A stretch of 44,535 nucleotides of DNA from an uncultured Candidatus Saccharibacteria bacterium (GCA_964355515.1 CAYHDV010000005.1:1-44535), one strand, 5' to 3'; shown: positions 16,468-25,340, counted from the stretch's first letter. Notes: generated by a model not told the origin, from the letters alone. Made by a program: numbers and translations.

Positions 16468-17721
16468 ATGTTTAAATATCTTATTTTTGAAGCAATATCT
16501 GGAATAGTCGGTTTTGTAGCTTTTGTCATACTTGTGCGATATGTATGGAAACAGGGACATTTCCATTCAATTTTCAAGCAAAAATGGCTTTACCTGCCGG
16601 TCACTCTTGTCATTGTTGCTTTTTTTACAGGACTGGTAGCAAACAAAACATACCCACCAGACTTTGCAATGCCAGCATTTGTACATTCACATGCTCCAGG
16701 GGGGCTACCACCATCTATACCATTTTCTAATATTATAAATTTCTTTAGGTATGAACATCGTTTCGATAAAGTCGCAGATATTGGTGCAGATCCGACAGTT
16801 GTTCCAGAAAAACCACAAGCACCTGAAGCAGACGGTATTGTGCGTATTAGTTTGACTGCACAAGAAGTCCTCGGAGAGGTATCTCCTGGAATTTATTTTA
16901 ATTACTGGACATACAATAAACAAGTCCCTGGCCCGATGCTTCGTATTCGCGAGGGTGATACAGTGGAATTAACACTTACAAATGATCCATCAAGCCTCCA
17001 TGATCACAATATAGACTTACATGCAGTTACAGGCCCAGGAGGCGGAGCGTCAGTTACTCATGTAGCACCTGGAGAAACAAAAACATTCAGATGGAAAGCA
17101 TTAAACCCAGGGCTTTATATTTATCACTGCGCAATGCCAAATGTTTCTACACATAATTCTCACGGACAATACGGAATGATTTTAGTTGATCCTAAAGAAG
17201 GATTTGCAGAAGTTGATAAAGAATTTTATGTTATGCAAGGCGAACTATACACCATAGGACAACTTGGTAAAAAAGGATTAGTACCATTTGATCCTGACGC
17301 ACTGCTTGATGGTCGTCCCAATTATGTAACATTTAATGGTCTTATAGAAACGACTCCACGAATGCAAGCAAAAGTTGGTGATAAAATTCGTATGTATGTC
17401 GGCAATGGTGGAGTAAATCTGATCTCTTCTTTTCATGTAATTGGTGAGATTTTTGATACCGTGTATCCAAATGCAAGTATTGGTGGATCGCTTGAACATA
17501 ACACTCAGACGATAGCGGTTCTCCCTGGTGGAGCAAGTATCGTAGAATTTACTGTTGATGTCCCTGGTAAATACTTGATTGTAGATCACGCTCTAGCACG
17601 AATGAACAAGGGTGCATGGGCTGTTCTTGAAGTGACAGGAGATGAAAATGGAGAGGTCTTTAAAAAGATTGAAAGTAGTGAGGCCATGTCAGGATATATG
17701 GATATGCATCAATCTAAATAA
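16468..17721 (+). CDS. nirK: Copper-containing nitrite reductase, AniA-like, with two N-terminal TM helices
   Basis: VPGPMLR, HNIDLHAVTGPGGG, YHC-x7-H, EFYVMQGE, SSFHVIGEIFD and VDHAL motifs. Axial position is Gln. Confidence 0.93.
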   Translation: MFKYLIFEAISGIVGFVAFVILVRYVWKQGHFHSIFKQKWLYLPVTLVIVAFFTGLVANKTYPPDFAMPAFVHSHAPGGLPPSIPFSNIINFFRYEHRFDKVADIGADPTVVPEKPQAPEADGIVRISLTAQEVLGEVSPGIYFNYWTYNKQVPGPMLRIREGDTVELTLTNDPSSLHDHNIDLHAVTGPGGGASVTHVAPGETKTFRWKALNPGLYIYHCAMPNVSTHNSHGQYGMILVDPKEGFAEVDKEFYVMQGELYTIGQLGKKGLVPFDPDALLDGRPNYVTFNGLIETTPRMQAKVGDKIRMYVGNGGVNLISSFHVIGEIFDTVYPNASIGGSLEHNTQTIAVLPGGASIVEFTVDVPGKYLIVDHALARMNKGAWAVLEVTGDENGEVFKKIESSEAMSGYMDMHQSK

Positions 17722-17781
17722 CTCTGTTTTTCTACTGCTTCCGCCTTAATAGGTCGCTGTAAGCAAAGAAGTTTGCTCTGT

Positions 17782-18159
17782 GGTCACGAGTTACTAAGCA
17801 TAATCTTTCGAAAACTCAGATTCTGATAAGTACTCTCGACCCCGCCTCGCTCACTAAAAGTATCGCTGTGGCTGTCACACAGGTACAAATCTGAAGCAGT
17901 TCAGATTTTAACAACAAAACTACCACTTCCAACGGAAGTGGTAGTTTTGTTGTTACCTGTGTGACCCTACGGAGAATCGGTCACTCTCGTGGATATGTTT
18001 TTCAAACATATCTCACTCCCTCGACCCCCACTCGCCGTCTCAGCTCTGCGAGCTGGCTTCGCGACGCCTCGGTTCGATTCCCCTTAGTATCTTCACATCA
18101 AAAACACCCACTCTTTCAGAGTGGATGTTTAAGATGTGATGTGACCCTACGGAGAATCG
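17782..18159. repeat. tRNA-3'-linked structured repeat modules
   Basis: 20-bp direct repeat TGTGACCCTACGGAGAATCG at 17960 and 18140 (180 bp apart). Two GGTCAC-hairpin-CTCGACCCC-NN-CTCGC modules. Perfect 22-bp stem at 17909-17955. Confidence 0.75.
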
Positions 18160-18213
18160 AACTCCGATTTTAAGAATGAGAATCTTATGTCCTAGCCGTT
18201 AGACGATAGGGCC
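18142..18213 (-). tRNA. tRNA-Glu (anticodon CTC), CCA not encoded
   Basis: Reverse complement folds as a cloverleaf: acceptor GGCCCTA/TAGGGTC, anticodon arm TAAGA-TTCTCAT-TCTTA, T arm CGGAG-TTCGATT-CTCCG. Confidence 0.95.
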
Positions 18214-18339
18214 TTGAATATTTAATTATGTTTTTACACTTTCGCAACCGTTTGTTTCCTGAAAGGATTTTCAGTAGGTCTAACGGTACCCATACTTAAT
18301 TTAACGATAGGGCCAAATTGTTTATTGTAAACGATAGTA

Positions 18340-18368
18340 AGAATACTCCATTTAGAGTGATTTTTCAA
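18340..18368 (-). promoter_or_regulatory. Candidate sigma70 promoter for tRNA-Glu
   Basis: Minus strand TTGAAA (18368-18363), 17-nt spacer, TATTCT (18345-18340). Confidence 0.5.
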
Positions 18369-18396
18369 GTTTTTTATTATGATATGATGTTTTCTA

Positions 18397-19053
18397 GTGG
18401 AGACAGAAATTCAAGAAAAAGTCAGAGCAATCATTGGGGTGATTACAATTGTTACCTTAGCTTTTTTGTCATACAACGCTACACAATATTTGACAGATGA
18501 TTACAATGTAAATCCTGTACCATATGACCGTTTTGATGTGGTTATTCTTGGGGACTCAATCACTGAAGGATTGGGAGCGTCGGAGGGTAGAGACTATGTC
18601 TCACTTCTCCGAGCTCATACAGGAGTGAAGATCAGAAATAGTGGGATCAGAGAGTATAAGACAGGGGATGCTCTTATTCGTTTGGATACAGATGTACTTG
18701 CTTATGATCCAGACATTGTGGTGATCTTGCTTGGGGGAAATGATTTTATAAAGCGTACGCCAAAAGAAGAGACGTTTTCTAACCTTTCTCAAATTATAGG
18801 AAAGCTACAAGAAGAAGATGTTGCAGTTTTGCTTGTCGGCGTGCCTGGTGGACTGTTTTTTGATTCTTACAAAAATGAATTTGACGCACTAGCTTCAGAA
18901 TTTGGGGTTGCGTATATTCCAAATGTTCTAGAGGGTGTTATAGGTACTTTCCGATACATGAAAGATCCTCTTCATCCAAATGATGTGGGCCACCAGATAT
19001 TATTTGAAAGAATTGCTCCAGAATTAGATAAATTACTCCAGATGCATTATTAA
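18397..19053 (+). CDS. SGNH/GDSL arylesterase-like hydrolase with N-terminal anchor
   Basis: GDSITEG, LGGND and DPLHPN catalytic blocks. Confidence 0.9.
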   Translation: METEIQEKVRAIIGVITIVTLAFLSYNATQYLTDDYNVNPVPYDRFDVVILGDSITEGLGASEGRDYVSLLRAHTGVKIRNSGIREYKTGDALIRLDTDVLAYDPDIVVILLGGNDFIKRTPKEETFSNLSQIIGKLQEEDVAVLLVGVPGGLFFDSYKNEFDALASEFGVAYIPNVLEGVIGTFRYMKDPLHPNDVGHQILFERIAPELDKLLQMHY

Positions 19054-19101
19054 ATAGAGATTGTGATATACTCAGGTTATATTAATTAACGAAACACGAG
19101 T

Positions 19102-19659
19102 ATGAGTAATGGATATAATGCGATGAAAAAGAATGCAACATATGGGATTTTAGCTCTTTTTGTAGTGATTATCATCTTTGTTGTTATTTTTTCAGGAAAG
19201 AAGAAGGAGCCTAAAATAGAAGATATTTCTCCGACAAGAGAAGAAATATCTTCTATTGCCATGCAACCAGTAGAAAAAGATATCTATACATATCAGTTTG
19301 AAGGAATTGATTGGCAATTTCCACAAGAAGGAGATGGGACACGGGTGAACTTTATGTTAAAAAACTTTTCTCGAATAGAGGGTGCGTATGTAACCTTTGG
19401 TAATCCATACAAGCTTGGAGTGCACCAGGGTGACTGTCACGAAGTAGAAAGTTTGTATTTTGACAAAGAAAAAACTCCTGGGATACCAGTTAGCTATGCT
19501 GAATGTGTTGCTCCTGATATGACAACGCAGTTTATATTGTTCCAGCAAGGAGAAGAAATCGTGGCAAAGATGAGGCGAATGTACAAAGAGATAGAAGGAT
19601 ATGAAGAGCCAGAGTTTAGCACTTTGTATACTATAAACCTTACTGAAATTGTGGAGTAA
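19102..19659 (+). CDS. Membrane-anchored hypothetical protein (alternative start MKKNA)
   Basis: Single N-terminal TM followed by a beta-rich domain with two Cys. Confidence 0.7.
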   Translation: MSNGYNAMKKNATYGILALFVVIIIFVVIFSGKKKEPKIEDISPTREEISSIAMQPVEKDIYTYQFEGIDWQFPQEGDGTRVNFMLKNFSRIEGAYVTFGNPYKLGVHQGDCHEVESLYFDKEKTPGIPVSYAECVAPDMTTQFILFQQGEEIVAKMRRMYKEIEGYEEPEFSTLYTINLTEIVE

Positions 19660-19661
19660 AG

Positions 19662-19691
19662 AAAGCCCGGCGCCAGAGGCGCCGGGCTTTT
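19662..19691 (+). terminator. Rho-independent terminator
   Basis: AAAGCCCGGCGCC-AGA-GGCGCCGGGCTTTT. Confidence 0.8.
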
Positions 19692-19708
19692 GTGATACTA
19701 TTAAACAT

Positions 19709-20401
19709 ATGGAAAAAAGAAAGGTGGCATTTTTTGATATTGATGGGACGATTTTTCGATCGAGCTTACTTATTGAACTTGTAGAAGTTCTAATTGAGAC
19801 AAAACTTTTCCCAGAAAAATCTCGCAAAGAATTTTCTAAACAAGAAAAACTTTGGCTTGATAGAAAGGCGGATTATGATGAATATATCATTGCTGTTGTG
19901 GAAGTATTTATGAAATATATAAAAGGTATTCACTACAAGGATCTTCTAGATGCCTCGGATATTGTTTTCGAAAAAAACATGGACCGAACATATGTCTACA
20001 CAAGAAAGCTCGTTACTGATCTAAAGAAAAAGGGTTATTACCTGGTGGCAATTTCTCAATCACCCAAGACGACGCTAGACTCTTTTTCAAAAAGGCTTGG
20101 TTTTGATAAGGTTTACGGAAGGGGATATGAACTTGGCCCAAATGATAGATTCACGGGTGATGTGATGGATCTTCATTTAATTGAAAACAAAGCAAACATT
20201 ATAAAAAGAGTTATCGAAAAAGAAAATCTAACGCTGAAAGGTTCGGTGGGGGTGGGGGATACAGAGGGAGATATCAGCATGCTTGAAATGGTAGACAAGC
20301 CTATTGCTTTTAACCCAAACAACAAGCTCTATCGCTATGCAAAACGTGCCAAATGGAAAGTAGTTGTGGAAAGAAAAGATGTTATTTATGAAATAGACTA
20401 A
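19709..20401 (+). CDS. HAD-superfamily IB (SerB-like) hydrolase
   Basis: FFDIDGT, ISQS, K and GDTEGD..ML motifs I-IV. Start moved to MEKRK. Confidence 0.88.
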   Translation: MEKRKVAFFDIDGTIFRSSLLIELVEVLIETKLFPEKSRKEFSKQEKLWLDRKADYDEYIIAVVEVFMKYIKGIHYKDLLDASDIVFEKNMDRTYVYTRKLVTDLKKKGYYLVAISQSPKTTLDSFSKRLGFDKVYGRGYELGPNDRFTGDVMDLHLIENKANIIKRVIEKENLTLKGSVGVGDTEGDISMLEMVDKPIAFNPNNKLYRYAKRAKWKVVVERKDVIYEID

Positions 20402-20493
20402 AACCTTGTTTTAATTCTGAGATACTTAGATATTACGAAAGGTTGACCTTTACTATATTTTTTGGTATAAAGTAACAAAATAAAATTGAACAT

Positions 20494-20874
20494 ATGGAAG
20501 ACCTTTCAACTGGACTAATCTTGGTAGGCATACTAATAATTTCATGGGGTGCAAGTAGGACTCTTTGGCAATTGAGATTTTCAAGACTTGAAAAAAAACT
20601 TGAAAGATTGAACATTGGTCTTTATCAATATTCCTCTTTATCATTTGAAGAGACAAGAAAACTTTTAATCATTGATGCTCAAGCATTTATTTCTGAAGTT
20701 TTGATTTGCCAACACAGATACGTGACTTCTAGTTTCCCGAAACCTTCTTTCATTGATCCTCAAAGCGGGAGAGATGATTTCTATGATTTGATTCTCAAAG
20801 CAAGATCTCTTAAAGAAGAGTCAGAAAATTCTCTCAAATATATGCATGTGTTTGAGAAAAAAGCCTCGGTATGA
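20494..20874 (+). CDS. Hypothetical protein with N-terminal TM
   Basis: Open 126-aa ORF with TTGACC...TATAAA upstream. Its stop lies in a terminator loop. Confidence 0.6.
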   Translation: MEDLSTGLILVGILIISWGASRTLWQLRFSRLEKKLERLNIGLYQYSSLSFEETRKLLIIDAQAFISEVLICQHRYVTSSFPKPSFIDPQSGRDDFYDLILKARSLKEESENSLKYMHVFEKKASV

Positions 20875-20887
20875 CCGAGGCTTTTTT
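20857..20887. terminator. Bidirectional terminator
   Basis: AAAAAAGCCTCGGT-ATG-ACCGAGGCTTTTTT between convergent genes. Confidence 0.8.
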
Positions 20888-20899
20888 ATTTTCATTGTT

Positions 20900-21961
20900 T
20901 TAATCTTCCATTTGGGGCTTATCAAGAGCAATTGGTTCTATTTCTATAGAGTCACCAGTTATTCTTGTGACATCCTTATCAACTTTCTTTAACTCTTTGT
21001 GAGCCATGTTGTAGTGATTGACTGTTGTCCCGAGGGATGCACCAAGTTTATTCATGTATGTCTCATATTTCCCAATATGAGTCCCAAGCTCACCAACCCT
21101 TTTTATAATATCCTTTGCTGAGTCTTCTATCTGCATAGCCTTGAGACCCTGAAGCACAGTTTGCAAGTATGCCAGAAAAGATGTAGGAGAAACAATGATT
21201 ACTTTGTGTTTGGAAGCTGCACGCTGTATCAAGTTTTCTGTATCTTCGTTTGTAAGAGACCCAATTTTGTTTATCAAAAGGTCATAATAAATAGCTTCAT
21301 GAGGAATAAACATAAAAGCAAACTCCATAGTATTTTGTGATGGCTGGATATATTTTGAAGTTTCTGTAATTCGCAATTTTAAATCATTTACAAAAAGCTT
21401 TTCAAGTCTGTCTTTTTCACTTTTATCACTGGCCTCCACCATCCTGTTGTAGTTTTCAAGTGAAAACTTAGAATCAATTGGAATTATTTTATCTTTTATA
21501 AATACCACTGCGTCCACGATTTCACCATTATTAAATGCGTATTGCATTTGATATGAACCAGGTGGCATGACGTTTTTTAAAAGTGTTTCCAGATAGTATT
21601 CTCCCAGAACACCTCTTTGTTTCGGATTTTTCAAAATATCTTGAAGACTTTTTAGTTGATCAGCAAAAGATATAACTTGCTTGTTTGTCTCGTCTAGTTT
21701 TGTTAGGCGTTCGGTCACATCCCTGATGATGTTTATAGATTCAGTAGATTGGTGCTTGAGTGATGCATGCATCTCTTTTGCTGATTCACCGAGCTTTTCT
21801 TGGACAGAATTTTTTAACTCTTCTTGTCTTCGAGTGAGTTCGTTTAACTGCTGAAGAAGAAGGGAAGAGGCTTCAGAATTTTCTTTTTTTTGTGGTCGCG
21901 CAAGAATCCAGACCAGAAGTCCCGCGATTATTATCAAAAATATAATGATGATTATTTCCAT
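20900..21961 (-). CDS. rmuC: DNA recombination protein RmuC
   Basis: N-terminal TM and coiled coil; KQRGVLGE, VDAVV, PIDSKF, FMFIPHE and VSPT motifs. Confidence 0.93.
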   Translation of the reverse strand: MEIIIIIFLIIIAGLLVWILARPQKKENSEASSLLLQQLNELTRRQEELKNSVQEKLGESAKEMHASLKHQSTESINIIRDVTERLTKLDETNKQVISFADQLKSLQDILKNPKQRGVLGEYYLETLLKNVMPPGSYQMQYAFNNGEIVDAVVFIKDKIIPIDSKFSLENYNRMVEASDKSEKDRLEKLFVNDLKLRITETSKYIQPSQNTMEFAFMFIPHEAIYYDLLINKIGSLTNEDTENLIQRAASKHKVIIVSPTSFLAYLQTVLQGLKAMQIEDSAKDIIKRVGELGTHIGKYETYMNKLGASLGTTVNHYNMAHKELKKVDKDVTRITGDSIEIEPIALDKPQMED

Positions 21962-22010
21962 ATAGGATATTGTACATCAATTTTGGGGGAATTAAAAAAG
22001 CTAGTGTAAA

Positions 22011-22382
22011 TCAATACACTAGCTCTTTCGTAGACCTATACCTACGATATATTTCAATGTGTTGCCAGAGTTCTTTCGTGCGCTTGGGATCTTCGGAGAA
22101 ATCCTGAATATCGACAATCTCTTTAGAATCGCTCGACTTTATCCTAAAACTGACCCTGACTCCTTCACTTTTGGCATCCAGTTCTTCAATCCTCATCTCT
22201 CTTTGAGTGGGATCTCCAATTGAAAATACAAGATTTGATTTTTGGACAGACACTCTTAGCTCTTCTGTGCTTTTGATGTTTTTCTTGTATTCCAAGAGAA
22301 ACATCATTGCCCACATTTTCTGCCTAGGCAATACCTTGCTTTTCTGGAAAAATATTTTTGAGACGATCTCTCTTTCTGTCAT
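22011..22382 (-). CDS. Hypothetical protein
   Basis: 123-aa ORF filling the gap, co-oriented with its neighbours. Confidence 0.6.
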   Translation of the reverse strand: MTEREIVSKIFFQKSKVLPRQKMWAMMFLLEYKKNIKSTEELRVSVQKSNLVFSIGDPTQREMRIEELDAKSEGVRVSFRIKSSDSKEIVDIQDFSEDPKRTKELWQHIEIYRRYRSTKELVY

Positions 22383-22436
22383 GGTTCTTCTTTTTTTCTA
22401 TATCCTACAAGCAAAAAATCTTTTTGCAAGCACTTT

Positions 22437-23171
22437 CTACTTACTCAACCAGTACTCCAGTGTGTAAATAAAATCTTCATCCTGTGGGTCGTTGGCTTTT
22501 CTTTTTTCTTTTAGTAGCCAATCCAGATAGCCTATATCTTTTTTGGCTACCTCTTCTATTGAATCATTCTTATATTTACCAAATTTGAACCACTTTACTA
22601 GTGCTGGCTGTGAAGAGATGTCTATCATCTGATCAATTGCAGTATCTGCAGAAATATTTTCTTTTTCCATAATCTTTTTCAAGAGTCTCCAGAATAATTG
22701 TTCGAGTACAAGAATATCCCCAAAGGCATCATGAGCAATCGCATCAACCTCAATTCCAAGCAAATATCGGAGGTATTGGAGTGCATAGCTTTCGATTTTA
22801 CCTTCTGCATCTAGATGTCTAGCCACTTTTAGAGTATCCACGACTGGGCCAACTTTCAATCCCTCTTTTTCTATCATCGCCACATCAAATTTTGCATTGT
22901 GAGCAATAAATATTTCTCCATTTAGAAAACGAGATTCCAAATCTTTGTAGACGGCACTTCCCACAAAAGATGGTTTACTTTCAATCATTTTTTCTGTGAT
23001 GTGATGCACCGCCATAGCTCCAATCTTGATTGGGATACCGGGGCTAAATAGCTCGTTTACATCTGGTGATTCATCTGTTGTTTTATAAGCTATTTGAATC
23101 AGCTTATCGTCGGTATCATTTCCTGTTGTTTCTGTATCTATAAATATGAGTGTGTTTTTTAGTTTTTCCAT
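22437..23171 (-). CDS. DEDDh 3'-5' exonuclease, exodeoxyribonuclease X-like
   Basis: IDTETTG, AHNAKFD and AHDAFGD motifs; C-terminal FKFGKYK...GYLDWL domain. Confidence 0.88.
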   Translation of the reverse strand: MEKLKNTLIFIDTETTGNDTDDKLIQIAYKTTDESPDVNELFSPGIPIKIGAMAVHHITEKMIESKPSFVGSAVYKDLESRFLNGEIFIAHNAKFDVAMIEKEGLKVGPVVDTLKVARHLDAEGKIESYALQYLRYLLGIEVDAIAHDAFGDILVLEQLFWRLLKKIMEKENISADTAIDQMIDISSQPALVKWFKFGKYKNDSIEEVAKKDIGYLDWLLKEKRKANDPQDEDFIYTLEYWLSK

Positions 23172-23207
23172 ACAGACATTATATCAGAATTAAGTTATAC
23201 TATATTC

Positions 23208-23663
23208 ATGTCACTACAATTAGATTTAAAAGAAAGCTTAAAAGAGTCCATGAAAGCAAAGGACACTGTGAGACTTTCTGTTATTAGAAATATAATTTCA
23301 TCAGTTACAAATGAGCTTGTGTCTCGGGGGAAAACACCTCAAGACCAGCTTTCTGACGAAGAAGTGGTCGCGGTTATAAAACGCCTTTCAAAACAAAGAA
23401 AGGACTCTATCGATCAGTTTGAAAAGGGCGGTCGTCCAGAATTGGCTGAAGCTGAAAAGACAGAACTTGCTATTCTTGAAGAATATTTGCCAGCTCTTAT
23501 GAGCCAAGATGCTATTCGTCCTATTGCTATGGCTAAAAAATCAGAGCTAGGAATCGAAGATCCCTCAAAAAAGGGACAGCTAATGGGAGCTATTATCAAA
23601 GAGCTTAGAGGATCTGCAGATGGTGTCGATGTAAAAGCTGTTGTTGATTCACTTTTTTCTTAA
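23208..23663 (+). CDS. yqeY: GatB/YqeY domain protein
   Basis: ESMKAKD..RLSVIR, KQRKDSIDQFEKGGRPELAE.E and YLP motifs. Confidence 0.92.
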   Translation: MSLQLDLKESLKESMKAKDTVRLSVIRNIISSVTNELVSRGKTPQDQLSDEEVVAVIKRLSKQRKDSIDQFEKGGRPELAEAEKTELAILEEYLPALMSQDAIRPIAMAKKSELGIEDPSKKGQLMGAIIKELRGSADGVDVKAVVDSLFS

Positions 23664-23665
23664 TT

Positions 23666-24001
23666 ATGAAGATACTTCTCAGATGGTTCATACTTTCACT
23701 TGCCGTTTTTATCACAGGATTTGCTGTGGCTGGGGTATTCGTTGAAAATATTTGGATTGCTATTCTAGTCGGAGCGATACTTTTGTTTATCTATATGATA
23801 ATCAAGCCTATAGTAAAAATCCTCACTCTCCCTCTGACATTGATAACCTTTGGACTTTTTGGTTTTGTCTTGAACGCACTGTTCTTCCTTTTTGTTTCAA
23901 AATTAATCGGAGGATTTGATGTTTCTGGATTTATGCCGGCTCTTTGGGGATCAATAATTGTTTCTATTATGAATTGGTTATCAGATAAGATGTTGGATTA
24001 A
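23666..24001 (+). CDS. YvlD-like 4-TM membrane protein ('phage holin family')
   Basis: IKPIVKILTLPLTLITFGLFGFVLNA signature. Confidence 0.85.
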   Translation: MKILLRWFILSLAVFITGFAVAGVFVENIWIAILVGAILLFIYMIIKPIVKILTLPLTLITFGLFGFVLNALFFLFVSKLIGGFDVSGFMPALWGSIIVSIMNWLSDKMLD

Positions 24002-24005
24002 TATC

Positions 24006-24926
24006 ATGAAAATACCTGGAATATCATTTTTAAAAACGAAGAAACTTATTGTTACTCATGATAGTGGCTTTCACACTGATGATGTCTTTGCTGCGGCTAC
24101 GCTGTCTCTTATATTCGAAAAAGATGACCAGCCATTTATTATCAGACGTTCACGAGAGGCATCTGATATAGAAAAAGCAGATATCGTTTTTGACGTTGGT
24201 GGAATATATGACCCAGAAAAAGGAAGATTTGACCACCATCAGACAGAGGGAGCCGGAGTAAGAGAAAATGGAGTACCATACGCTTCTTTTGGACTTGTGT
24301 GGAAACATTTTGGGATGAATTTGGTTGATAGTGAATACTTGTGGCAATCAATAGATAACCAGCTTGTTGCACCCATAGATGCTCCTGATAATGGATTTTC
24401 TTTGGTTACTCTTACTGTCCCTGGGATCCAACCCTTTTATTTGGGAGACGTTATCAGCACCCTTTTTTCTAGAGGCCAAGACCCTGATAGAGAATTCTTC
24501 CAAGCGGTACTATTCGCAAAGAGACTGCTTACTGAATCTATAGAAAAGATTAAAGCCGGAGAAGAAATAAAAAATAAAATTATAGAAAAATACGAAGAGG
24601 GAGGAGATAAGAGACTAGCGGTGATAGATATTCCTACTACTCGCCAGATGATCTGGGTGTCACTTGTGGACAAAAAAGAAGTTTTGTTTTCTGTTTTTCA
24701 AAGCAAAACAAGCGGCGACTGGAAAATACTTGGAATGAAAAACGACTTATCTGCTTTTCCTGTCAAAAAAGATTTGCCCGCTAGCTGGTCGGGACTTCAG
24801 GGAGAGGAACTAAGTCGAGTATCCGGCGTTTCGGGGGCAATTTTCTGTCACAGAAATTTATTTTTAGCTTCTGCTGAAACAAAAGAAAGCGCTCTTCGGA
24901 TGGCGAAGATTGCACTCGATAATTAA
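24006..24926 (+). CDS. MYG1 family (DHH-like) nuclease
   Basis: THDSGFHTDDV, DVGGIYDP, FDHHQ, ASFGLVWKHFG and FCH motifs. Confidence 0.92.
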   Translation: MKIPGISFLKTKKLIVTHDSGFHTDDVFAAATLSLIFEKDDQPFIIRRSREASDIEKADIVFDVGGIYDPEKGRFDHHQTEGAGVRENGVPYASFGLVWKHFGMNLVDSEYLWQSIDNQLVAPIDAPDNGFSLVTLTVPGIQPFYLGDVISTLFSRGQDPDREFFQAVLFAKRLLTESIEKIKAGEEIKNKIIEKYEEGGDKRLAVIDIPTTRQMIWVSLVDKKEVLFSVFQSKTSGDWKILGMKNDLSAFPVKKDLPASWSGLQGEELSRVSGVSGAIFCHRNLFLASAETKESALRMAKIALDN

Positions 24927-24929
24927 AAT

Positions 24930-25244
24930 ATGGGAGAACAATTTGAATTAAAATTTGAAAGGGAGCTCACCCCTCCTGAAAAAATAAGGAGAGACCTTCT
25001 GGTCTCTGCGATAGAGAGAGCGACTCTACCTTCTGGAGAAATTGATATGTTTCTTCTAGACAAAGATTTTGCTTTGCTTAGAGAGACATACACCTCACCG
25101 AAAATCCCAGAACAAATGGTGGAATTTTTTAATGAGTATGCAGAAGAACATAAATTAAACCAGAGAGTGCATCTACATAAATTTTTGGATAGATTTGGTC
25201 ATGCACGATACAACATCGAAAAAGATTTGAAAGAAGCCGCATAG
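24930..25244 (+). CDS. Hypothetical protein
   Basis: 104-aa charged ORF starting 3 nt after the MYG1 stop. Confidence 0.65.
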   Translation: MGEQFELKFERELTPPEKIRRDLLVSAIERATLPSGEIDMFLLDKDFALLRETYTSPKIPEQMVEFFNEYAEEHKLNQRVHLHKFLDRFGHARYNIEKDLKEAA

Positions 25245-25340
25245 GAAGAGTTGGATTTGTTTATCACTTGATTGATATATTTTTATATCCAAAACACATC
25301 TTGATTAAAAGTATGTCAAGTGTTATACTAATTAACATAT

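Noticed and set aside
17960-18159. CRISPR array, or an intact integrative element between the direct repeats
   Set aside because: Only two copies, which are the tRNA 3' end. No cas or integrase gene is present in the window.
17961-18173. 70-aa plus-strand ORF
   Set aside because: Overlaps the tRNA antisense and the hairpin modules; the translation simply reflects the repeat.
23666-24001. Prophage suggested by a 'phage holin family' gene
   Set aside because: YvlD-like proteins are common chromosomal genes, and no phage genes are nearby.
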